Source: Deferribacterales bacterium (GTDB taxonomy: Bacteria > Chrysiogenota > Deferribacteres > Deferribacterales > Geovibrionaceae). Taken from it: a DNA stretch of 64,000 nt. Location: the NCBI GenBank assembly GCA_050251945.1, contig JBFWLW010000001.1, positions 544,001-608,000 on the forward strand, given 5' to 3'. This document shows, piece by piece, positions 57,095 to 64,000 of this stretch. Made by a program: the position numbers and the translations under genes. A model generated the notes under the pieces. It made no database searches, was not told the DNA's origin, and saw only the letters and a list, made by a program, of their open reading frames with translations. How positions within the stretch are numbered: position 1 is the first letter of the stretch; every line of letters begins with the position of its first letter.

Positions 57095-58408
57095 TTATAT
57101 AATGTTCTTTATCAGCGGGTTATCGCACAAAAAATGCAGGTGCGTGTAAGCCGCGAAAGTATTTTTATATATCAGCCCGTCGCGGGATATTTTACCGTCC
57201 GTAATGCGCGTCAGTTTATACGCGTATTCGCCTGAATAGCCTTCCATGGCGGAATAGTGAAACTCGTGACCGACGTTGCTCTGCCCGCCTGCGCCCATTA
57301 TGCAATCTTTTACAAGCTCTGCGCGGACGTAGCCGAGCGCCTGCCGTCTGGCGCACATTCTGGTTTCGCAGTCGAAAATACCAGCCATAGGAAAAAATCC
57401 GCCGTCGGTGTGGATGCCGCGTGAAAGGTACATCAGCCCGCCGCACTCAGCATAGAGCTTTCCGCCGTTTTCCGCATAGTCTTTTATGATTTTCGCAGTC
57501 CTGCTTTCCGAAAGCTCTTTTGCATACAGTTCAGGATATCCGCCACCTATGTAAACAAAATCCGCACCATCTATGCCATCGCCAGCCAAAGGACTGAAAA
57601 ATTTCACGTCAAAACCCTGCGAAGTAAGGAATTCCATGTTTGAATTATAGTAAAACTGAAAAGCTTTATCGTATGCAACATAAGCCACCCGATCAGGCTT
57701 AACCGCAGGTTCCTGCACACAGGCAGGTCTTTCGGCACTACACAGCGACAGAAGCCCGTCGACGTCCACGTTTGCCGATGCGAAGTCGGCGCACATATCA
57801 AGATAGCTGTCGTCAATCTCCATGGCGGTCTTTATACCGAGATGCCTTGAACCCAGAAGGTTTTCGCTGTTTCTGGGCAACGTACCCAGAACTTTGCAGT
57901 CTGTATGGGTCTCAACCGCAGACCGCACCAGAAGTGCGTGGCGGTCGGAAGCTATATTGTTCAGCACAACTCCGGCTATGCGCATCTTTCCGAGCTCGGT
58001 GATGCCGCGAACCACTGCCGCAGCAGTGTATGAACTGCCGGAGCAATCCACAACCAGAATACACGGAACATCAGTTATCGCGGCGATATCGGCGCTGCTC
58101 CCTTTAAAATCCGTATGGGAAATACCGTCCAGAACGCCCATAACACCTTCTATGACTGCGGCATCGGCACCCTTACAGCCGTGAGCATAAACGTTGCGGA
58201 CTGTTTCCCGCGAAAGCATTACGCTGTCAAGGTTATAAGCCTTTCTGCCCGATGCGCGCTCCAGATGCAGAGTGTCTATATAATCCGGTCCGCATTTGAA
58301 AGGCGCAACAGTACGTCCGGTGCGGGTCAGATACCTGATAATGCCCGTTGTCAGAGTGGTTTTGCCGGAGCCGCTCTTGTCGGCGGCTATAATGAATGAA
58401 CTGAACAT
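57095..58408 (-). CDS. cbiA: Cobyrinate a,c-diamide synthase
   Basis: SGSGKTT, FKCGPDYID, EGVMG, GGGYPEL, AECGG.MYL, GHEFHYS. Confidence 0.95.
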   Translation of the reverse strand: MFSSFIIAADKSGSGKTTLTTGIIRYLTRTGRTVAPFKCGPDYIDTLHLERASGRKAYNLDSVMLSRETVRNVYAHGCKGADAAVIEGVMGVLDGISHTDFKGSSADIAAITDVPCILVVDCSGSSYTAAAVVRGITELGKMRIAGVVLNNIASDRHALLVRSAVETHTDCKVLGTLPRNSENLLGSRHLGIKTAMEIDDSYLDMCADFASANVDVDGLLSLCSAERPACVQEPAVKPDRVAYVAYDKAFQFYYNSNMEFLTSQGFDVKFFSPLAGDGIDGADFVYIGGGYPELYAKELSESRTAKIIKDYAENGGKLYAECGGLMYLSRGIHTDGGFFPMAGIFDCETRMCARRQALGYVRAELVKDCIMGAGGQSNVGHEFHYSAMEGYSGEYAYKLTRITDGKISRDGLIYKNTFAAYTHLHFLCDNPLIKNII

Positions 58409-58472
58409 ACACTGAGATTATTGCATTATCTATAATCTTGCAAGGGAAGAAAAAAAAGGCTACCCTGACTCC

Positions 58473-59126
58473 ATGAAAATATCAGCGCCGTCTTTTGTCA
58501 TCCCCGACAGCAGGGCAAACAACGTACTTTATCTGAAGCCATACACAGACGAGGTAGAGCTTCTGTTCTTCGACAGCAGGCACGATTTCGACATGCCGTC
58601 GGACGCGGAAATTGCAGAGCTTGCGGCATTTGGCATGGATTACAGCATACACCTGCCCACAGACAATGACCTGAATACTGCGGAAGGCTGGCAGGTCATA
58701 GACGCATACATAGCAAAACTAGAGCCTCTGAAACCCCTGCGCATGGTGATACATCCCGCTGAAAGTGCCTTTTTTATCAAAGAAACGCACAAAAGGCGCG
58801 AACACAACATCATAATAGAAAACACCGGTTTTTACGGTTCTTTTTTCGACGACGCGGTTGGAATGGGGCTGGGACTATGTTTTGACAACCCCCATGCAGG
58901 TGAAAAGGCGCAAGAATTCCACGAAAGATACAAAGCGCATATCCGCGAATACCATCTTCAGGGTGAAACAAACGGCAAACACCATAAAAGTCTTGAGCAT
59001 ATAGAACTCAATCTGTTAGAATCCATCCTTGCTAATGCAAAATGTAACGGGGCGACCGTCTGTCTTGAGATGTTCAGCAACGACGATTTCCTCAGATCAT
59101 ACGAAATAATCAGGGAATACATATGA
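58473..59126 (+). CDS. cbiR: Cobamide remodelling phosphodiesterase CbiR-like (AP endonuclease 2 fold)
   Basis: PSFVIP....NV..L....DEVELLFF, IHLP, IHP, IEN, C.D..H, HL, H.SL, LEMF; first gene before cobU-cobT-cobS. Confidence 0.75.
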   Translation: MKISAPSFVIPDSRANNVLYLKPYTDEVELLFFDSRHDFDMPSDAEIAELAAFGMDYSIHLPTDNDLNTAEGWQVIDAYIAKLEPLKPLRMVIHPAESAFFIKETHKRREHNIIIENTGFYGSFFDDAVGMGLGLCFDNPHAGEKAQEFHERYKAHIREYHLQGETNGKHHKSLEHIELNLLESILANAKCNGATVCLEMFSNDDFLRSYEIIREYI

Positions 59127-59632
59127 TAACACTTGTTACCGGCGGTATTAAAAGCGGGAAAACGGCATACGCTCTCAGACTTTGCGGGGAATACTCTTCA
59201 AAGACCTACGTTGCCACAGCGGAAGCTTTCGACGAGGCAATGCAGGACAAAATTGACCTGCACAAAGCGGAACGGGACGGAAGCTGGACGACAATAGAGG
59301 AACCCGTCAGCCTGCACAGCGTTTTCGATAACGCTGAAAATCAGGACGTAGTGCTTATCGACTGCATAACAATGTGGCTGAACAACCTTATATACAAACA
59401 GCTTAATATTGAAAAACACATAGAGCATTTTATGGAGAGGCTGGCGGAATGTAAAAAGCCGGTGGTCATTGTAACCAACGAAACGGGTCTGGGTGTTATG
59501 CCTGCAAACCCCGAAGGCTGTAAATTCGCCGACGAACTGGGTAAGCTGAACACAAGGCTTGCGGCGGCATCCGACAGCGTGGTTTTTATGATATCTTCAA
59601 TACCGCTCGCCATTAAGGGAGGAAAAAAGTGA
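59123..59632 (+). CDS. cobU: Adenosylcobinamide kinase/guanylyltransferase
   Basis: GGIKSGKT, YVATA, W.TIEEP, DC.T.WL.N, VTNETG.G. Confidence 0.95.
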   Translation: MITLVTGGIKSGKTAYALRLCGEYSSKTYVATAEAFDEAMQDKIDLHKAERDGSWTTIEEPVSLHSVFDNAENQDVVLIDCITMWLNNLIYKQLNIEKHIEHFMERLAECKKPVVIVTNETGLGVMPANPEGCKFADELGKLNTRLAAASDSVVFMISSIPLAIKGGKK

Positions 59633-60702
59633 AACTCACTGAGATTATTGCATCCGTTAAGCCCGCAGACAAAGAAATTTTCAAACAGGCGCAGGAGAGA
59701 ACCGCAAACCTGATCATGCCGCCCAGAGCGCTGGGAAGGCTCAATGACATCGGCGAAAAGATATGCTCCATTCAGGGAACGATGAAACCCAAAGTTGACA
59801 AACGCATGGTTTTTGTCATGGCGGGAGACCACGGAATAACGGAAGAGCGGGTGGCAGCGTTTCCGCAGGAGGTCACAGGTCAGATGATGGGCGCTTTCGT
59901 GGCTGGAATGGCTTCTATCAACATCCTGTCCAAACAGGCAAAATCAAAAGTTCTCGTGGCGGATATCGGCGCTGTCTGCGACGTTAACGCAGTCCCCTCC
60001 GATCCCGACAACACATTCATAATAAAAAAGATACGCAGAGGCACGGCAAACTTCACCAAAGGTGCGGCAATGACCCGCGAAGAGGCGGAAGCATGCGTCA
60101 TGGCGGGTTTTGATATAGCCTCCGAGATGATACAGAAACACGGACTTAACCTCATCGCCACAGGCGACATGGGCATAGGAAACACTACCCCGTCCAGCGC
60201 CATCGGTGCTGTTTTCACAGGAGAAACTGCGGAAGTTATGACCGGATTCGGTTCCGGCATTGACAACGAAGCACTGCAACGCAAGATAAACACCATTAAA
60301 CGCGGCATAGAGCTGAACAAACCCGATAAAAAGGACGCTCTTGACGTGCTTTCAAAGGTCGGCGGACTTGAGATAGGCGCTATCGCAGGGGTTATCCTCG
60401 CAGGCGCATACCACAGGATTCCCGTTATGATAGACGGGATCATATCTGCCGCAGGCGCACTCATCGCCTTCGGTCTCTGCCCACTTTCCGTTGAGTATAT
60501 GATAAGCGGGCATAAATCCGTTGAACCCGGACAGATAAAAATGCTTCAGTACATGAACCTCGAACCGCTGGTAGACCTCGGTCTCAGACTCGGCGAGGGA
60601 ACCGGAGCAGTCATGGCTATGCACTCCGTGGAAGCGGGCGTAAGGGTCATAACGGAGATTGCCACATTCGCAGAAGCAGGCGTTTCCGGCAAGGAGATGT
60701 AA
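59629..60702 (+). CDS. cobT: Nicotinate-nucleotide:DMB phosphoribosyltransferase
   Basis: ALGRL, AGDHG, GDMGIGNTT, GGLEI, LRLGEGTGA. Confidence 0.95.
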   Translation: MKLTEIIASVKPADKEIFKQAQERTANLIMPPRALGRLNDIGEKICSIQGTMKPKVDKRMVFVMAGDHGITEERVAAFPQEVTGQMMGAFVAGMASINILSKQAKSKVLVADIGAVCDVNAVPSDPDNTFIIKKIRRGTANFTKGAAMTREEAEACVMAGFDIASEMIQKHGLNLIATGDMGIGNTTPSSAIGAVFTGETAEVMTGFGSGIDNEALQRKINTIKRGIELNKPDKKDALDVLSKVGGLEIGAIAGVILAGAYHRIPVMIDGIISAAGALIAFGLCPLSVEYMISGHKSVEPGQIKMLQYMNLEPLVDLGLRLGEGTGAVMAMHSVEAGVRVITEIATFAEAGVSGKEM

Positions 60703-60703
60703 C

Positions 60704-61417
60704 ATCTTTAAACGTTATCTCGACGCACTCAGCTTTCTGACAGTTATAAGGTTTAAGACCAAAGATTTCGACGGACGAAAAGCCGTGTACAGCTTCGTTC
60801 CTGTCGGCTTAACGGTGGGATTGCCGCTCTGGCTGTTCTATACCTATGCGCAGGCATACCTGCCGCAAACGGCAATGGCTGTAATAACGGTGCTTTACCT
60901 CGTTCTGATAACAGGAGCACTGCACCTTGACGGGCTGGCTGATACGGCGGACGGTATATTCTCGTTCCGCGACCGCGAAAAGATGCTTGAGATAATGAAA
61001 GACAGCCGCATCGGCACAATGGGCGCCGTGGCTATCGTAATGGCACTGATTATAAAAACTTTTTCAGTCTATTCCATATCAAACCCGCTCTACCTGCTGG
61101 TGATTCCCGCCTATTCTCGGTTCAGCATGGTTTTCGGGTTTTACATGTTTAAATATGCGCGGGAAACAGGTACGGCGGCGGCGTTCTTCGGGACTTTTTC
61201 GCCGCTGGTGTTCGTTCAGGGTATACTGCTGCTGTGCATAAGCTATTTCTTCGGCGCATACCAGTTCGTTATTTTCAATATCGCTTTTCTGATATTTGTC
61301 TATCTTATTACAAGACTGTATAGAAACAGAATAGGCGGCATAACCGGCGATATGCTCGGTGCGATGTGCGAATCGTCCGAAGCGTTTCTGTTTCTGGTGG
61401 CGGTGTGCTTATGGTGA
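60704..61417 (+). CDS. cobS: Cobalamin synthase; start uncertain (TTG 60659 or ATC 60704)
   Basis: ALSFLT, TGALHLDGLADTADG, MKDSRIG.MG, GGITGD.LGA. Confidence 0.92.
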   Translation: MFKRYLDALSFLTVIRFKTKDFDGRKAVYSFVPVGLTVGLPLWLFYTYAQAYLPQTAMAVITVLYLVLITGALHLDGLADTADGIFSFRDREKMLEIMKDSRIGTMGAVAIVMALIIKTFSVYSISNPLYLLVIPAYSRFSMVFGFYMFKYARETGTAAAFFGTFSPLVFVQGILLLCISYFFGAYQFVIFNIAFLIFVYLITRLYRNRIGGITGDMLGAMCESSEAFLFLVAVCLW

Positions 61418-62469
61418 TGTTTCAGCACGGCGGTAACGTATATTCAGCGGCGGAGGCGGCGGGATGCCATGTGGACGAGATAATCGATCTAAGCAGTAAC
61501 GTATCTCCTTTTACATCGGATGCGCTATTGAAAGGGCTTAACGTCAAAGATATCGTTTCGCGCCTGCCCGAACCGTACAGCAGAACGCTGACAAATGATA
61601 TCGCGAACTACCATGACCTGCCTGTCGAAAACTTTCTGACGGGAAGCGGTACAACGGAATTCATTCACCGGATATGCCAACTTTATGCTGGTAAACGCGC
61701 TGTTATACTCCAGCCGACCTACGTTGACTATATGAAGCACGCACAGCTTGCGGGCATGACGGTTACCAACTGCACCATGACCGCAGAAAAAAAATTCGCG
61801 TTCGACGACAACGAGCTTATAGAATATCTGCCGGACGCAGACGTCTGTTTCATCTGCAATCCCAACAACCCCACGGGAACTCTTATCAGCAAGGATGAAC
61901 TGCGCTTCATAGCCGATATGTTCCAAAAGACAATGTTCGTAATTGACGAGTCATATATAGATTTCTGTGTGGACAAAAACCCCACACTGATAGGCTGCAC
62001 ACTGCACAACATGATAGTTCTGCGCTCCTTTTCAAAGGCGTACGGAATCCCCGGACTTCGTGCCGGATACGCTTTTTCGCAGGACAAAAATCTTCTGGCG
62101 GAGATCAAAAGCACCATGTCTCCGTGGAACATAAACAGCCTTGCGCAGGAAGTCTGCAAAAAAGCTCTTAAACTGGATATCACAAGCCCTATGAGGCAGG
62201 TATGCCAGATAAAAGCAAACACATTGAGCAGACTGGCGCATAACGAAAACCTTCATATCATGCCCGGCGAGGCAAACTATATTCTTATAAAGCTTAAAAG
62301 ATCGGACGCTACATCTTTCAGCGAATATATGCTGAACCACAAGATACTTATCCGCAACTGTTCAAATTTTGCCGGTCTTTCGGACAAATATGTCCGGATA
62401 GCCGTTAAGGAACAGGTACATATGGACACCTTCTGCCATCTTGCGGAAACCTATTTCAGGATATTCTGA
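61411..62469 (+). CDS. cobD: Threonine-phosphate decarboxylase (start revised to 61411)
   Basis: HGGN, DLSSN, CNPNNPTG, DESY.DF, RSFSK.YG.PGLR.GY. Confidence 0.92.
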   Translation: MVMFQHGGNVYSAAEAAGCHVDEIIDLSSNVSPFTSDALLKGLNVKDIVSRLPEPYSRTLTNDIANYHDLPVENFLTGSGTTEFIHRICQLYAGKRAVILQPTYVDYMKHAQLAGMTVTNCTMTAEKKFAFDDNELIEYLPDADVCFICNPNNPTGTLISKDELRFIADMFQKTMFVIDESYIDFCVDKNPTLIGCTLHNMIVLRSFSKAYGIPGLRAGYAFSQDKNLLAEIKSTMSPWNINSLAQEVCKKALKLDITSPMRQVCQIKANTLSRLAHNENLHIMPGEANYILIKLKRSDATSFSEYMLNHKILIRNCSNFAGLSDKYVRIAVKEQVHMDTFCHLAETYFRIF

Positions 62470-63908
62470 TGAAAGCCAAACCAATCATGTTTCAGGGAAC
62501 GGGAAGCGGAGTGGGCAAGTCCGTCATATGTGCGGGTTTCTGCCATCTGCTTGCGCGCAGAGGCGTAAAGGTCGCACCGTTCAAATCCCAGAATATGGCG
62601 TTGAACAGCGGTGTTGCACAGGGCGGCGAAATGGGCAGAGCGCAGATTTTGCAGGCACAGGCTGCCGGCATAGAACCAGACGTGCGCATGAACCCCGTGC
62701 TGCTTAAACCCATCGGCAATTCAACAAGTCAGGTGATACGCATGGGCAAACCGGTGGGCAACTTCACAGCCAGACAGTATTATGAAATGTCGCAGGACAA
62801 CCTTAAAACCGCTATAGAGGCTTATGAAAGCCTTTCGGCGGAATACGATGTGATCATAATCGAAGGGGCGGGAAGCCCCGCTGAGATTAATCTGCACAAT
62901 ACAGACATTGTGAACATGAGAACGGCGGAATTTGCCGACGCTCCCGTGTACATAATAGGCGACATAGACCGCGGCGGCGTTTTCGCATGGATGAAAGGCA
63001 CATACGACCTTCTGCCGGACTATGGAAAACCACGGGTAAAAGGCTTTATAATCAATCGGTTCCGCGGCGACATATCCCTTTTACAGCCCGGCATTGACAT
63101 GTTTAAAGATATTGTTCCAGTACCGATTGTCGGCACTGTGCCGATGCTGAACCTCACACTTGAAGAAGAAGACAGCCAGAGCATAAACGACAGCACAAAA
63201 GGCGGTTTCGTAACTGTCGCCGTCGTACGGCTTGCCCGAATGTCAAACTTTACGGACTTCGCTCCCCTCGCCTCCTGCCCCGACATAAACCTGATATACG
63301 CAAAATCACCCAATGAGCTTACCGGAGCGGACATAATCATTATCCCGGGGAGCAAAAGCACCATAGCCGATATGAAGGATATGCGTATGCGCGGGTTTGA
63401 CCGGAAGATACTCTCCATGGCAGGCAAAACACCGATAGTGGGTGTATGCGGCGGATTCCAGATGCTTGGGAAAACCATAAAAGACCCCGAAGGCATCGAG
63501 GGAGACGATAAAGAGTGCGCAGGGCTTGGACTTCTGGATATGGAAACCGTCATCACACCCGAAAAGACGCTTCTGAACAAAACATATCATGGCAAAGAAC
63601 AGCTTGACGGTCTGAATTTCTCAGGATACGAGATACATATGGGCGTATCATCAACAAAACGCGCCTACACGCAGTTATGCACGGAAAAAGATATATGTAT
63701 AGCCGACACTGAAAATAGGGTTATAGGAACATACATACACGGGCTTTTCGACAGCGCAGACGTGGCTTCACGCGTTACAGCAATGTCCGGAAAAGCCATA
63801 AAACCAGATTACTCTTATCATAAAAATAAACAGGCACAGCTTGACCTGCTTGCCGACACATTGGAACAGAACCTTGACACCGACACTATCCTCTCTTCTT
63901 TATATTGA
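62469..63908 (+). CDS. cbiP: Cobyric acid synthase
   Basis: QGTGSGVGKS, PFKSQNMALNS, EGAGSPAEINL, GVCGGFQMLG, GTYIHG. Confidence 0.96.
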   Translation: MKAKPIMFQGTGSGVGKSVICAGFCHLLARRGVKVAPFKSQNMALNSGVAQGGEMGRAQILQAQAAGIEPDVRMNPVLLKPIGNSTSQVIRMGKPVGNFTARQYYEMSQDNLKTAIEAYESLSAEYDVIIIEGAGSPAEINLHNTDIVNMRTAEFADAPVYIIGDIDRGGVFAWMKGTYDLLPDYGKPRVKGFIINRFRGDISLLQPGIDMFKDIVPVPIVGTVPMLNLTLEEEDSQSINDSTKGGFVTVAVVRLARMSNFTDFAPLASCPDINLIYAKSPNELTGADIIIIPGSKSTIADMKDMRMRGFDRKILSMAGKTPIVGVCGGFQMLGKTIKDPEGIEGDDKECAGLGLLDMETVITPEKTLLNKTYHGKEQLDGLNFSGYEIHMGVSSTKRAYTQLCTEKDICIADTENRVIGTYIHGLFDSADVASRVTAMSGKAIKPDYSYHKNKQAQLDLLADTLEQNLDTDTILSSLY

Positions 63909-64000
63909 CTTCATGGCTCTGATAGCCGCTTTCTGGCTGGACTGGTTTCTGGGCGAACCGGATATCCCGTTCCACCCTGTGCGTATTGCCGGAAGCGCAG
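63874..64000 (+). CDS. cbiB: Adenosylcobinamide-phosphate synthase, N-terminus only (runs off the window)
   Basis: ...ALIAAFWLDWFLGEP...HPVRIAG; start TTG 63874 or ATG 63913. Confidence 0.85.
   Translation, partial: MTPTLSSLLYIDFMALIAAFWLDWFLGEPDIPFHPVRIAGSA

Noticed and set aside
58409..58472. Cobalamin riboswitch
   Set aside because: The intergenic gap is only 64 bp and has no B12-box.

Overview
The window has two parts. (1) About 1-30.5 kb is one end of an integrative/conjugative element. It carries an AT-rich cargo/defence island at 1-11 kb (SF1 helicase with a DUF2726-like nuclease, trypsin-like protease, an unannotated type I toxin-like peptide, pPIWI-associated nuclease-like protein, Xre-RES TA, DUF4238/SEC-C protein, HEPN protein). 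A leading/establishment cluster follows at 11.3-14.9 kb (triple-repeat protein, LPD28/DpnD-like protein, ArdC-like protein, DUF6573); three of its genes have the same unannotated RNA-leader architecture, a pseudoknot alternating with an RBS-hiding hairpin. Then come a RelE/HigB-type TA and a minus-strand F-type transfer operon (ssb, a truncated NusA paralogue, TM-less TraD, membrane hydrolase-HD fusion, TraN with a C-type lectin domain, TrhF, TrbC, second TraN-like protein, DsbC, lytic transglycosylase). A probable element end lies near 30.45-30.56 kb. (2) About 30.6-64 kb looks like host chromosome of an anaerobic Gram-negative respirer (Deferribacterales-like by inference): a peptidase-like/lipase pair, ablAB, hemerythrin, a sigma54 two-component/ABC/DUF2318 operon, a Psr/Phs/Srr-type molybdoenzyme cluster with chaperone, porin and triple rhodanese, and a cobamide cluster including cbiR, interspersed with REP-like repeats and two IS1182-like MITEs. 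All family calls come from motif recognition by eye; no searches were run.
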